Shown one piece after another: positions 26,976-39,911 of a stretch of DNA of 64,000 nt; the first letter of the stretch is position 1; each line of letters opens with the position of its first letter. The stretch is taken from contig CM106585.1 of the NCBI GenBank assembly GCA_048013815.1, positions 6,634,001 through 6,698,000 on the forward strand, written 5' to 3'. The stretch comes from Setoptus koraiensis. Lineage: Eukaryota; Animalia; Arthropoda. Both the position numbers and the translations under genes were made by a program. The notes below the pieces were generated by a model. It did no database searches. It was not told where the DNA came from and worked only from the letters and a program-made list of their open reading frames with translations.

Positions 26976-29749
26976 CGGCATTAGCATAAGAGGCTCCATC
27001 TGGACATGATCATTTCCGCAACAAGCTCGCCCGACGGATTGTAATGGCTTAGGCGGCGCCACAGCCGCGGCCGGCTCGGAATTGGCACGGGCGAGCCCGG
27101 ATGGGATAGTTGGGGCCGGCCCAGAGTCGCTGGGCCAAACATTTTTGCTCGTTAGTAAGTCAACAAAGTGAGCGTGTCGTCTTGAGCGTGCCCCGGCCGG
27201 CCAGTCGGCCCGTCAGCGCAAACAGCGCTGGCAACTCAATCACTCGGTGCAGCGCGGACATTGCGCGAATTGCCGGCTTGTCGCGCGGGCATCGATGCCC
27301 GCGCGACAAGCCGCCCGAGACCGTCATTAGATTGACTCGGTCACTTTATGCGCGGGCCCGTGTTTGCCCACTGTCGGACAACTATTGACGCCAATAGTTG
27401 TCTGACGGTGCGCGCAAAGTGCGGTGCGCGCGGCCAGCGGCATCCGCTTCACGGGCGACACATCATTAGACTGGCTGGCTCGGGGGGAGGGGGTGGGGCA
27501 CAATGCGCGCCACTATGCCCGTGACAGTGTATGGACGATAGAGTGGCGTTGGGCGCCGAATTGATGGATCATATGGAGCACGATGATCAAGTAGTGGGCG
27601 GCCAATCAATGGGCCGGCGCTTTCATCTGGGCCGGCTCGGCGGCCGAGCGGCCGGGCCGGCGAAAAGCGCCCAAAGTCATGCAAGCGGCGCATATGCTTG
27701 TCGCGGAGGCGGCCATGTTTGTCGCAACTGTTTGCACGCTGTGTCGACTGTCGGTGATATATGTTTTGCCGCTTGCGACGCCATTGTGCGCGGCACAGTG
27801 TGCAGCCGGTCAGCCGAATCAAGCTGAGCCGGCCATTGTTGGGGCCCAACGCGGCACGCGACGGGCGCGGGCCGGAGTGAGGCAAGAGTTGCACGGTGAC
27901 ACGGCTAACAATGGCGGCGGCGGCAGCGGCAGCGGCGGGTTATCTCGCCGGCGCATCTCCGATTGGCCGGCAACTATTGGCGACACTGCCAGACGGCGAC
28001 TATAGCGACACTGGGGAGCGAAATGGCAGCCAGCCGAAATAAAATAACGCTCAGCGCGCGCCATGTAATCCAAAGCCGGCCCACTCACCTGGCGACCGGT
28101 GCGCTATAGGGGCGCCCGGTACGTCGCGCGGTGCGGCGCCTCGGATGCTGGCGGCGCTGCGGGGCCGGCGACAAAGGGGCCGCGGCGGCAGTCGGCGGCG
28201 CAGGGGCGCGCATCGGCAGCCGGCGAGCTGATAGTCATCGATCATAGGACAATCGTTTGCCAGGTAATTATGGCCGCGCGTCGTCATGAGTGCCGCCGCC
28301 GACTGTATTGCCACTTGAAAGTGACAGCAAACAGGTCGCCAGCTTAGCGAGTTAAGCCTCAAGTTGTTGCTGGCTGGCTGCCTGGCTGGCTGGCTTACGA
28401 ATTTCGGGGGCCCCCTTTCGAAGCCGCCCGTTCGAAGCTGCCCGTTCGAAGCCGCCGTTCGCCGGCGCGCCGGCATAATGTATCCGGGGCTGCACGTTAC
28501 GTAACGCGCGTACACGCGTTTCGTACAACTGCCAGCGCCAGATAACCGGCCAGCTAACCGTTAAAAGCTAACGGCCGCTAAGTGAGTCAGTTGAGGCCCA
28601 CAAACAAGGGCCGCGCACTCTTAATTGCGTGCACCCATTTCAGACTGTGCTCAGGCCCCAACAACACAGCGCCAAATAAACAAGCGCCCGGCCTTAATTA
28701 GCCGGCCCCCCGTTCTTCATCAATCGCCACACTGACCGCTGACCGCTGTGCAAGGGGGCGCTGGCAGTGTTTTGTCAGCGGGCCAGCGCCCGATGTGATC
28801 AATAATAATTAAATTTCCATAAGCTCACACATACTCGCTCGCACATTCGCTCACATACCCAGCTCGGCTCACAGCGGGCCCCAAATTGGCCCGACGCGAG
28901 CGCCAATCCAAGCGGCCAAGGTGAGCAAGCCTTCAACGGCCCGCTCCAATTAAAGACAAAAATGATGGAGCGAACGGATGGCACGTAGAAATAAAAATTG
29001 TAGAAAAACAGGCGCCAATTCGTAATTGAGCCGGCGAGTCGCGTTGAGCGGCGCGTTCGTGAGTGGCCCCTCGATTTGGCGACCGTGGCAACGTTGATGG
29101 CCGCCGGAGCGGTCCCGCCAATCGCTCGCCCAATTCGCGATTCGCGGCGGGTTTTGTTTTCGCGTCATATTGCCACCCCCCGTCGTATATTATATTGTCC
29201 GTTGTCAGCAGTCACCCTAAAACGGTCACTAATGCTGAGTGCGGAAAAGGGGGGGGGGCGAAAATTGGGCAAAACTGGCGACGGTCGGCGAAGACTTGCG
29301 GCCAAGAACCGGCTGCGCGAATTCGCCGGCCAGATATTGGCGGCATCTCGGGCGCCAGTATCGAGATGATTGCGCCGCGGGCAATCAAGTGCGGCCGACT
29401 TGCGGCCTGCCACTCCCACGCAGAGGCTCACAAGCTGGTGCCGGACCGGGGCCGCCGCGTATGGGGGCGGCGGGGATTAGTGTGATGCGACACACATTAT
29501 TATATTACATAATGCAGCGGTGTTACACACGCACAATGAAAATAAATACACACGCCTAATTGATTGGCAGCTTATTGTTTACTTACATGTGCTCGACGAT
29601 GGCACTATCGCTCATCGGGATGATGACGCAATTAAGAGATTTTAATTTTAATAGTCAATTTGTTTGTAGCAAGTGTGACACTGACAGTTGTTTATTGCTT
29701 GCGATAGGAAGCCGGTCGATATTGTTAGACACTCTGTTGTTATGTAGTC

Positions 29750-29810
29750 GTTGTTGGTGTAGTTGTTGTTGGTGTAGTTGTTGTTGTTGTTGCTGCTGCT
29801 GCTGCTGTCG
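29750..29810. repeat. TTG/CTG microsatellite
   Basis: Read directly. Confidence 0.8.
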
Positions 29811-32800
29811 TCGGCAGTGGCAGTGGCCATAAACCGTTATTATGTAACATGCGATGACAGCGATTACGGTTAGTCGGGCGATTGTGGTTGGCACTTTTGA
29901 GGGCGACTATCCATTGATTACAAGCGCTGCGACTGGCTCAATGCGAACTAATGCGCCCCCATCGAGTGCGCGCTTGCGAGTGCTGCTTCGATTGGCGTAT
30001 AAAATTAAATCTAATCTCAATAATAATGATGATGATGATGTGATAACTCTCCATGCGACAACAGACGACGCTGGCGACCGTTCACTCGAGCACGAGTGCC
30101 TCAATCAACTGACGGGACAACTCGCGGGTCTCTATTTCGGGTTTGCGCGCGTTTGCTCGGGTTCGCTCGGGTTTGGTCGGGTTTGGTCGCGTTTGCTTCT
30201 CGTTGCTTGACACATATGAGTACGTGAGTGAGTGTATGGGTGCACGGGAGTGCAAGTCGGTCGCTGTCGTGGTAAATAATAAACAGACGCACGGTTGCTG
30301 GAAGAAGCCATCAACACACTCAATCTGTATGCACTTGTTCATCCGCCCTTTTGTGAGCTTGCCAACAACTTGCTCAGGTGAGTGCAGCCGCGAGTGGGGC
30401 GCCAATGGGGCTCGCTATCGCTGCTGTCTTGACGGCTGGCTGGCTGGTTGGCTGGTTGGCAATCGCACTTGAGCCAATCCAATGATCGCTCTAATGATTG
30501 GCGCAGCGTCAGCCTGCCCACTTATTCATCGGCGGTTACTCACGTCGGCGGCCGCTCGGGGCGCCTGCGCGCCGGCGCCCCAATGCACGCGCCCACTGGC
30601 AACACTGGCGCCCCCTCTCGCTTCCTCTGTCTGTGGGCCCGACCAACAAACCAAGCAACTCGCTCGCTCGATCGCGCTCCATTTCTCTCTCAGTCCGTCA
30701 GTCGATCTGTGCGCGTCAATCTGTCTATATCTGGCAGTCGCGATCTGCAGCCCAACTGACACACACTCTCTGTTGGGCGACCCGGACCGCGTTGGGCCGC
30801 GCATGGCGCCGTAATGGAGGGTCGGCCCCCGTCCGGCGGCCCGGCGGCATCGACGCCCGCACCGCCAGGCATATCATTTACGCTGCCGTGCGACACACAC
30901 GCTGGCGCATTACGGGGCGCCCAACGGCGGAGAGGGAGAGAGGGAGCGAGACAGGGAGCGATAGAGGGGGGCCAGGCGGCCGGTGCACAAAATCAAAACA
31001 TTTTTCGCAACAGTGGCCACAGTAATGAGATATTCAAGCCAGATAAGAGGTTACCTCTTTGTTGTTGTTGTTGTTTTCGCGGGCGATGTTGTTATTGGCG
31101 CTGTTGTTGTTGTCACTGGCGCTGTTGTCGGTGTTGCCGGTGTTCGCATATGCCGGCAACTCATAATGAGTTGTCATTGGCGGTCGCTAGGTGCGCTCGT
31201 TACTCTTTTCACTGTCACTGGGCGCCAAGTGGCACTGCTGAGGCGCACCTAGCGATTTTTCTGGCAGCGTGGCGCCATCTGTGGGCCGCGGGCGCAGTCT
31301 GGCCGCCAGACGGCGAGCCGTTTTGAATGAGCGAATCGGTTGGCGCCCCCTGTGTCCCATGCATGTACGTACATGCTGGCAATAGTCTGACGACTGCCGT
31401 AATGCAGTCAACGTGATCAGTCGTCAAAGAGTTACACAATTGGCCAATTCGACTCACACTCGAACAACGTTTGCTGCCGCTGCCGCTGCCACTGCCGTTG
31501 GCGCTGATGTGTCATAGATAGATGCCTCCTTCCACTGCGAGCTTGCCAGCTCGCTAGGCCAGCTCGCTAGCTTCGAGCCAGCTTGCCAGCGAGGCCCCCG
31601 CGCAGACTGTGGCTTCCAGGCGAGCGTTATTACACACACACGCCAGCCCGTCTGTCGGTCGCAGCAGCGACCCATAGAGCACACAATTTGATAAACATAC
31701 ATATACGTGCATGCAATCGCAATTGCAATGGCTCGTCTAGCTCGCTGGCAGCCAGCGAGCTAGACGGCACGCAGAAGCGGCCCCTCCCGTATTTTGTCCT
31801 CTTTAAGAGACATCTCGCAGCGTGTGTGTGTGTGTGTGTGTGCGTCGTGCATGCGGATAGACGGGGCCGCGTAACGAGGCGAAACTGCAATCTCGCATCT
31901 CGCATGCACCGTGCGCATTTGTCTACTTGACTAGGGCTCAATCAATAGTAATCACATAATACGAAGCGCAGCGGCGGAAGGTTATTAGTGGGTGCGTGTG
32001 TGTGTGTGTGAGAGTTAGTTATTAATCATGCTAAATCTTGATGACTTGCGGTGTTGGACTGGCGAGTTATTGTCGGATTTATGACTCAATTTAACTACAC
32101 TTTGCCGGCTGCATTGCAGCGGCGGCAACAATGATATCAATTTGTTGTGGGCCCCCAGAAATGCCAATGGCGAGCTAATGTGCGCCTTCGCTCTCGCACA
32201 GCATCAACATTTCGCTGGCTGGCTGGCTAGCTGGCTTGGCGCGCCAGTGTCTTGGCGGCGCGCACACGCACTGGCGCACGCTGGCATATGGTCGGTGGTT
32301 GGCCTACAAAGGTTTTAGAGCGTCATTAATGTCGCAATTTGTTTGTTGTCATCGCTGCCGTTGCTGTTGTCGTCGTTGTTGGCGTCGTTGTTGGCGTCGT
32401 TGTTGGCGTAGTCGCCGTTGTTGTCGGTGGCGCTCGTTTGCGTTGTCGCTGTTGTGGCAGCGGCGCATAATGATTTCTAGCTTCGGCCGCGCTGGCCAAC
32501 ACTCGCAGGCTGGCCGGCGCAACAACCGCTATTATTAGGCACGCACTGCATTTCATCATGCACACACACACACACACACACGGCGACATTACTAGGCAAC
32601 AGCTAAACAAATAAATTTATTTTATCACCAACAACAATCGCCCCCGCTCCGCGCTCGCACTTTGCACTGCACACTGCGTACGACACACTACGCACGACGC
32701 ACGACACACCGCATACTACGCACTGTGTGGCACAAAGTGTGAGGCAGGGTGCAGATCGGCACAGATTTGTGCCGTCGCCCGTGTGTCCCCGTCTGTCAGT

Positions 32801-32879
32801 CGTTGCGCGCGACCGTGGCCCGTGCGCGCACCTATTGATTTTACCTAATGAATGTGTATCAACGACTGGCTAATACTCC

Positions 32880-32913
<34 letters not shown>

Positions 32914-34189
32914 TTTTCGGCATCATTAGTGCGCAGGAGCTTGCACGGGGCCAACGCCAACGCGCCGGCTGTGCAAAGAATTGATTTGCACTCGCCCGAC
33001 AAACAGCAACAAGAGAACGCTCACCTGTCATCGCGTCACTCCATCAAACTCAACCCGAGTTCACCTGTGAGTGTGTGCGTGTCGCACGAACACGTCACTG
33101 TTGTCGCGCCGACAATTGTGAGTAGCCCCCGCAAAAGCGTTCTCGCCAAGGTTATTTTGCGCGCTGCGTGCAGTGCAACGCAATGCATGGCACAAGCGGC
33201 ACAGGTGAGGGGGGGCAGCATCCACTTACTTTGTTTGTGTTGCCATACGAGAACATATTCATTAGGCGCGCCTCTCACGGACATTTGACGAGTCACACAC
33301 GGCGGCGGCGCCGCCGGTAGCGCCGCCAACACAAGCGATATTAATCGAGCGAGTCGCCACTTGGCCGGGCCAGCTCGGCCTAATTGAGCGAACGTGGCCG
33401 GCCGCCGTCCGATCGCCGCCAAGATGGCCGCCGCTCTCGTCGCGACATTTGTATCTAATCTTGATAATCTTGCGCACACACACACGCACAAATCTAGCCC
33501 AGACCTAGATTATCTAGGGCGACGGTCGCAACGGCGGCACATTCGGGCATTTGCATCAACATCCGGCCAGCTCACAGCGCATAGCGAGGCAGAGGGGGAG
33601 AGAGAGGGAGAGAGCGAGAGCAAGACTAAACTGTTCAAAACGGTCGGTCACGTTGGACGCGTTTGCTCTACTTTTGTCGCACTCGCAGTGACAAGCGGCC
33701 GACTGACGAGTACAGCACAAGTGCGCAGCAACACCCACACCGGGCGCGCACAGCGACGCGGCCTCGCAATCAATAGATCGCGCGCACATTTTGCAGCAGG
33801 CGGCAGAGTTGGGCGCAGGCACTGTGTTGAGCGCGTTTGTGATTGCGTGCCGCGCACCGAGGCCGCTCGCCCTCTCGCTCTCGTTTGACGATCGCCAGTC
33901 GCCTTCACCTGCGAAACTACACTGTATTTTACCTGTGTATTGTGTTGTGCATTGTTCGCATAGTTCACGTATGAGTGAAAATTGCCTTTCATTGCTGATT
34001 AATGAACGGCACACATTGCATCGCTGCAAAGCCATCGCTGGCGGCACAACACATGCTGGACAAGACACAGGTGAAACGAGCGTCGATGATTGGGCATCAC
34101 AGCGTTTGGGCATATGGATTTCATTTTATCGATTGGGCAGTTCATAGATTTTTGTATCGGCGGCCCTGGGCGCCATTGTGGGTGTTATT

Positions 34190-34253
34190 GTTGTGGGTAC
34201 TATTGTGGGTATCATTGTGGGTACTATTGTGGGTATCATTGTGGGTACTATTG
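34190..34253. repeat. 12-bp repeat TTGTGGGTA(CTA/TCA) with alternating variants (24-bp higher-order period)
   Basis: Read directly. Confidence 0.85.
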
Positions 34254-34812
34254 GGAGGCTCGCAAATTGTGAGTCACAATGCGAGTGAACACTTTGTAGC
34301 GATTAGAAAGCACACTCGCGGACGTTGCGGAAACTACTCGTCGAGCACGCAAGCGGCGCTGTGCAGCGAGCGTGTGCTGTGTGTGTTTAGCTCACGCTGC
34401 TGCTGCTGTCGCCAGTGTGTGCTCACTGTGAGCGGGGGCAGGGGAAGGGAGCGTCATACTTTTTTCGCACAGAATCAGATGATTCGATTGCAGTATTGAG
34501 GGGAACAGTCGCTGTGTGTGTGTGTGTGCATAGCTCAAGGTTTTGTCATCATCACTGTTGTTGTGTGGATAGACCGCAGAAAATTATAATTATATTTGCA
34601 CTGCTAGCACCATACTGTATCATATACTCATTATTATCTCTATTATTATTACTATTATTATTACTATTATCACATTATTATATTATTATCTTATTATCTC
34701 ACCATAACTAGCACCACTGTATACTATTGTATTACTATCATTAATATTATTACCAATACCATTACAATTGCTACTATTGCCACCGCCGCCGCCGCCATAC
34801 AATACAACTGAT

Positions 34813-34877
34813 ACCACCAGCAACGTCAACCAACCACCAGCAACGTCAACCAACCACCAGCAACGTCAACCAACCAC
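34813..34877. repeat. 20-bp tandem repeat ACCACCAGCAACGTCAACCA x3, ending 11 nt upstream of the NPC1 ATG
   Basis: Read directly. Confidence 0.9.
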
Positions 34878-34888
34878 AAGATATCGTC

Positions 34889-37800
34889 ATGAATAGGCAC
34901 TATTTAAATATTATCAGCTTCGTGGCGGCTGTGGTAGGTGGCAGTCGACTGTGTGAGGCCGCCGCCACCGACAGGTGTGTCATGGGCTTCGAAACTTGTG
35001 GAAAAGTTGCCGGGCCCGCAGGAGACCTGCCAGTTCCTTGTACCCGCGACGGACCCCCGCAAATAGTTAAAAATGGTTCCCTCCTAAACCAATTAGACGC
35101 TCTTGTGCCATCACTTAATGTTTCGAGAGACAGCCCGCTTTGTTGTAATGATCAACAAATCAGCGATTTCATCGATGGAATGGCCCAGGCAAAGGCTCTA
35201 TTGGGTTCCTGTCCGTCTTGTTTAGTCAATTTTGCTTCCCTATTTGGCCAATTAATTTGCAACCCAAACCAAGCACAATTCATACAGATACTAGACAGGT
35301 CGAAATACAATGATAAATTCGCAGTTGATAGAATTCAATACAACATAAGCGAACAGTTTATTCAGGCCCTATTTAATTCATGTAAAAATGTAATATACCC
35401 ACAAGCGCAATCTCCCGCACTATGGTTAATGTGTGGCGATACTTGTGATGCTCACGAACTAGTTGAACATTTAGGCATTAAGGGTTTATCGCCCTTTGAT
35501 ATTAACTACAAATATGAGCTATCAAATAACATTCCGGATAATTTAATACCGTTGAATTGCACTAAAAGCGTTGCAGACACCTATCCAAGGTTACGTTCAA
35601 TCTATCCATATCGTTGTAGTTATGTTGATTGCGAGAAACAACTAGATCCCAGTATCTATCCACAACCAACGCCTATTTGGACAATATTCAACATTGATGG
35701 AGCCTTCATAATAATGGGCTTAATTTACTTAATTCTAGCCACCGCCACTGTATTGTCATTCTACTTAACCAAAAAATTTAAACATACTCCAAGATTAGAA
35801 CAGATATCAGAGGAAGAAACGCACACAGAGCTTGATACTAGAGCTTCCAACTATAAAATTGACGCCTATCTAAAATTTGTCTTCGCCCGTTGGGCACTAT
35901 TTTGTGCTCATTATGCAACCCTCGTCATTCTAGTCGGCCTTGCTGCAGTTACATTAAGCTGTGTCGGCTTAACTAAATTACAAGTCCTTACAGATCCTGT
36001 TAATCTCTGGTCACAACCGGATAGTCGCACACACCAAGAGAAAACTTATTACGAAAAAACATTTGGACCATTTTACAGGATTGAACAAGTCATTATTTAT
36101 CCTAGTAACGGCGCCAAACCTTGGTTATCCGACAATGGCAAAAATTTCACTACTCTCTTCCAGAGGGACTTCCTCAAATCAGTTCTTAGTTATCAGAATT
36201 CAGTAATCAACTTGGAAGCAAAAGTCGATGATAATCTAGTCAAACTAAATGATATCTGCCTACAACCTCTTGGAAATGGCATTTGCTCTATTCAATCGCC
36301 CCTAGGCTGGTTTCAAGACAACGCTACAAATTTTGATTTGAATAACTCATCCGACACTGCCTACCTTCGTCATTTTTCTGAGTGCTTCCAAAACGCCTAT
36401 AACCCATCTGATTACAATTATGGCAAATTATCCTGCCTCGGTTCCTACAAAGGACCTATATTCCCTCATGTTGCATTGGCAGGCTATCCAAATACATCTC
36501 CTGCACCATATTCGGAAGCAACTGCCATGGTGATCACTTTACCCGTCAAAAATGAATATAATCCTGAGTACAATAAGAAAGCTAAGGCCTGGGAGAAAGA
36601 ATTCATCAACTTCACATTAAGCTATTCCGATCCAAACCTACGTATTGCCTTTTATTCGGAGAGAAGTATAGAGGATGAGATAGAACGACAAAGTCAGTCG
36701 GATATTATCACTATAGCTGTCTCTTACTTGGTGATGTTTGCTTATGTGGCAATAAGTCTAGGTAAATCAACCAACCTCAAAAACTTCCTGATTGAATCTA
36801 GGATAGTACTTGGACTAAGCGGGGTACTAATAGTTTTGGCCAGTGTACTTACATCGATAGGCATACTAAGCTATTTTGGAGTGCCTGCCACTCTCATCAT
36901 CATCGAAGTTATACCTTTCCTTGTTCTAGCAGTCGGAGTCGACAATATATTTATTCTAGTTCAAGCTCTACAGAGAAGCACCCATAAGTTAAATGAGTCA
37001 GTCGAAGAGCGCATAGCACGCGTGGTTGGTGATGTTGCTCCATCTTTACTACTAGCATCTTTATCGGAATCAGCCTGTTTTCTTATTGGAACACTCACGC
37101 CTATGCCGGCGGTAAGAGTATTTGCATTGACAGCTTCACTCGCCCTATTTATTGACTTCGTTCTTCAAATGACCGTATTTGTCGCTCTTCTCACACTAGA
37201 TGCCCGACGACAACTATCAGGACGCTACGACCTAATCTGTTGCATAACAGCTTCAAAAACTAATCAAGCCTCCTTAATTGATCCAGTCGTAGGTGATAAC
37301 GCCTCTTCAAGCAGCCGTGGAGGAAACCAGGATATTTTATACCAACTGTTTGAAAATCATATTGCACCAACTTTACTGAAACCAAGTTTTCGCCTAATTG
37401 CCATGATCATCTTCCAAACCTGGTCTTGTCTATCTATAGCTGTCATACATCGGATAGATGTAGGTCTAGATCAGACAATGACTGTACCAGATGACTCATA
37501 TATTTTAGACTACTTTAACGCACAACGTGAAGATTTGAGAGTGGGTCCACCTGTATTTTTCGTAGTCAAAAAAGGATTAGATTACAGCAACCAAAATGAA
37601 TCCAATTTGATATGTTCTTCTTCCGGATGTGCTCCAACATCTCTGCTAGCACAAATATCAGAGGCAAGTAAGTTGTCTAACATCAGTTATATTTCAACAC
37701 CTGCTACTTCTTGGTACGACGACTACGTTTCTTGGGCATTAACTAATGACTGTTGTAGAACCTACGCAAATGGAAGTTTTTGCCCCTCCACAGAAAAGAA

Positions 37801-38686
37801 TTCAACGTTGTGTAAAAAGTGTGAAATTACCGAAGGTAACCATATCATTCAGGATAAATTCTATATCCACTTGAATGATTTTCTAAAAGATGTGCCAAAT
37901 ACTAAATGTGTTCGTGGTGGTGCCGCATCATACTCTAATGCTGTCAAAATGGACACATCTCATCATCCATCATTGATCGATGCTGCCTATGCGTCTTATC
38001 ATACTCCTCTAAAAAACTCTAAGGACTTCATAGAATCTATGGCAGTTGCCAGATTTGTTGCCCAGAATATAGAGGATATGTTGAATACAGAATCAAGATC
38101 TCATCAAGTTAACTCATCTACAAGCCCTGAAGATAAACTCGAAGTCTTCGCCTACAGTTTCACCTATGTATTCTATGAACAGTACTTGACAATTTGGCAA
38201 CAAACCTTCCGTAATCTATCTATATCCATGGGAACAATTTTCATGGTGACCTACTTATTACTCGGATGTGACTTTTTCATATCATCTGTGATTGTAGGCA
38301 CGATAGCCTGCATTGTTATAAACCTCATGGGCCTCATGTTTTGGTGGAGTATACAATTGAACGCAATATCGCTTGTCAATCTAGTGATGGCCGTTGGAAT
38401 TTCAGTGGAATTTTGCTCACACATTGCAAGAGCCTTTGCTTTATCCACCAAAACAGAGCCAGTGGATAGAGCTCATGATTCACTCACAAAGATGGGAAGT
38501 TCTGTACTGTCCGGAATAACACTCACTAAGATCGCAGGTATTAGTATATTGGCCTTCGCGAAGTCTCGTATATTCAAAGTTTATTATTTCCGTATGTACA
38601 TGGGAATCGTACTCGTAGGCGCGGTACATGGAATTATATTCATGCCAATAGTTTTAAGTTTAGTTGCTAAAAGGAGGAGGATTTAG
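34889..38686 (+). CDS. NPC1: Niemann-Pick C1-type sterol transporter, 1265 aa, intronless
   Basis: N-terminal signal peptide; Cys-rich N-terminal domain (SPLCCNDQQI, GSCPSCLVNF, ICNPNQAQFI); sterol-sensing domain (IIEVIPFLVLAVGVDNIFILV); YVFYEQY; GISVEFCSHIARAF; GSSVLSGITLTK; multiple TM segments. Confidence 0.97.
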   Translation: MNRHYLNIISFVAAVVGGSRLCEAAATDRCVMGFETCGKVAGPAGDLPVPCTRDGPPQIVKNGSLLNQLDALVPSLNVSRDSPLCCNDQQISDFIDGMAQAKALLGSCPSCLVNFASLFGQLICNPNQAQFIQILDRSKYNDKFAVDRIQYNISEQFIQALFNSCKNVIYPQAQSPALWLMCGDTCDAHELVEHLGIKGLSPFDINYKYELSNNIPDNLIPLNCTKSVADTYPRLRSIYPYRCSYVDCEKQLDPSIYPQPTPIWTIFNIDGAFIIMGLIYLILATATVLSFYLTKKFKHTPRLEQISEEETHTELDTRASNYKIDAYLKFVFARWALFCAHYATLVILVGLAAVTLSCVGLTKLQVLTDPVNLWSQPDSRTHQEKTYYEKTFGPFYRIEQVIIYPSNGAKPWLSDNGKNFTTLFQRDFLKSVLSYQNSVINLEAKVDDNLVKLNDICLQPLGNGICSIQSPLGWFQDNATNFDLNNSSDTAYLRHFSECFQNAYNPSDYNYGKLSCLGSYKGPIFPHVALAGYPNTSPAPYSEATAMVITLPVKNEYNPEYNKKAKAWEKEFINFTLSYSDPNLRIAFYSERSIEDEIERQSQSDIITIAVSYLVMFAYVAISLGKSTNLKNFLIESRIVLGLSGVLIVLASVLTSIGILSYFGVPATLIIIEVIPFLVLAVGVDNIFILVQALQRSTHKLNESVEERIARVVGDVAPSLLLASLSESACFLIGTLTPMPAVRVFALTASLALFIDFVLQMTVFVALLTLDARRQLSGRYDLICCITASKTNQASLIDPVVGDNASSSSRGGNQDILYQLFENHIAPTLLKPSFRLIAMIIFQTWSCLSIAVIHRIDVGLDQTMTVPDDSYILDYFNAQREDLRVGPPVFFVVKKGLDYSNQNESNLICSSSGCAPTSLLAQISEASKLSNISYISTPATSWYDDYVSWALTNDCCRTYANGSFCPSTEKNSTLCKKCEITEGNHIIQDKFYIHLNDFLKDVPNTKCVRGGAASYSNAVKMDTSHHPSLIDAAYASYHTPLKNSKDFIESMAVARFVAQNIEDMLNTESRSHQVNSSTSPEDKLEVFAYSFTYVFYEQYLTIWQQTFRNLSISMGTIFMVTYLLLGCDFFISSVIVGTIACIVINLMGLMFWWSIQLNAISLVNLVMAVGISVEFCSHIARAFALSTKTEPVDRAHDSLTKMGSSVLSGITLTKIAGISILAFAKSRIFKVYYFRMYMGIVLVGAVHGIIFMPIVLSLVAKRRRI

Positions 38687-39359
38687 CAACTTCAAATTAA
38701 TTGTAAAATACAGCACCCACTGCAGACTAAAAGTGTGATTGACATAGTTAACTAATTTATGCTAACGCTGAAATTGTTGAAAAGAAGAATTCTGTTACCC
38801 TTATAAATGCTGGACTTGCAAGAGTTCCAATTTCGTTGATATAATGCTAAACTGTCAATATTTATACATATATATATTCCCATTTAATAGGCAAATAGTA
38901 GTATAGCCATCGAAGTAATACGGCTAAGAAATAAGATAAACATTCATTGTTGATAATAACTCAGTATTAAATATATACCAATTGTGATGTAGCCTTAGTT
39001 GTTCAATAAACTGAGTAGATCACAGCTTTACCCATAAGAACTTAAAATACTGAGACTGAACTAACTAAATAAAAGAAACTATGATAAATTAATGATACGA
39101 ATTGAACTAATCATATTAGATGTTATTAAAATGTATTCACTGCTTTGAAAGAGTTTTTGACATGTAAGGGAGGGGCCTTGGTTCGGCAGATAGGCCCCTT
39201 GCAGCTACTTGAAAAGAAGAACTTTGGAAGTTTAACTTTTGTTCTATTCAAATCTAGCGCTCGAAATGAATATTACCGGATATTCTGCTACTTACAAGCA
39301 TGTCGGCCTTCAAACGCCATCTATGTGTCGGATTGGCGGTAGCTTTTAACAGCAGAATC

Positions 39360-39623
39360 GTGCGTGATGCAGATAAGCACAATGGCCTGTACCCGGCACA
39401 GCTTGTTTTGCTTTATCTCAATGAAGCACAAATCTCATCACAGCTCACAACAGCTACTGCACATCCACATATTCGTGTGCATATCAATAGATTGCTCCAA
39501 CGTGGTTGGCAATTCTAGTGAACGCAAAATTATATCTGGTTCTTTCTGATAACATCACAGCCACTTCTGACACCTTTTTTGTTCATAATCACTACACAAC
39601 CTAATTCATCAATTTATTCTCAG
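39360..39623 (+). other. Probable 5'-UTR intron of RPL32 (264 nt)
   Basis: GTGCGT donor at 39360; CTAAT branch-like motif at 39601; TTATTCTCAG acceptor ending 39623, 23 nt before the ATG. The acceptor is better supported than the donor. Confidence 0.55.
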
Positions 39624-39646
39624 GCAACCATTAGAAAAATTTCATC

Positions 39647-39742
39647 ATGGTCATCGTACAGCCTCTCACGAAACCCAAAATTGTGAAGAAACGAACGAAA
39701 CGTTTCATTAGGCATCAATGTGACAGATACGACAAATTAAAG
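39647..39742 (+). CDS. RPL32: 60S ribosomal protein eL32, coding exon 1 ([32 protein letters not shown]); not in the ORF track
   Basis: Canonical eL32 N-terminus, followed by GTAAAG donor. Confidence 0.95.
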
Positions 39743-39911
39743 GTAAAGTATACATCCATTCTCTCAATCAACCATCAATCAATTGTCATTCAAGTCTTTC
39801 ACCTACACGCCTTACACTGACTCATAATGTTATTAATTGAATGTTACTCTTTTGTTTTCCTATCTTCCTCTTGACATGACCAAATGTTCTGCATTTACCT
39901 AATGTCTACAG
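39743..39911 (+). other. RPL32 phase-0 intron (169 nt, GT-AG)
   Basis: GTAAAG ... CCTAATGTCTACAG; splicing restores KLK|[19 protein letters not shown]. Confidence 0.93.

Noticed and set aside
26157-27062. Poly-N/Q/T/L ORFs
   Set aside because: Explained by AAC microsatellites; flanks carry no recognisable domain
29655-29894. Signal-peptide-like poly-Q ORF on the minus strand
   Set aside because: Starts at GTG with an in-frame stop just upstream; no ATG
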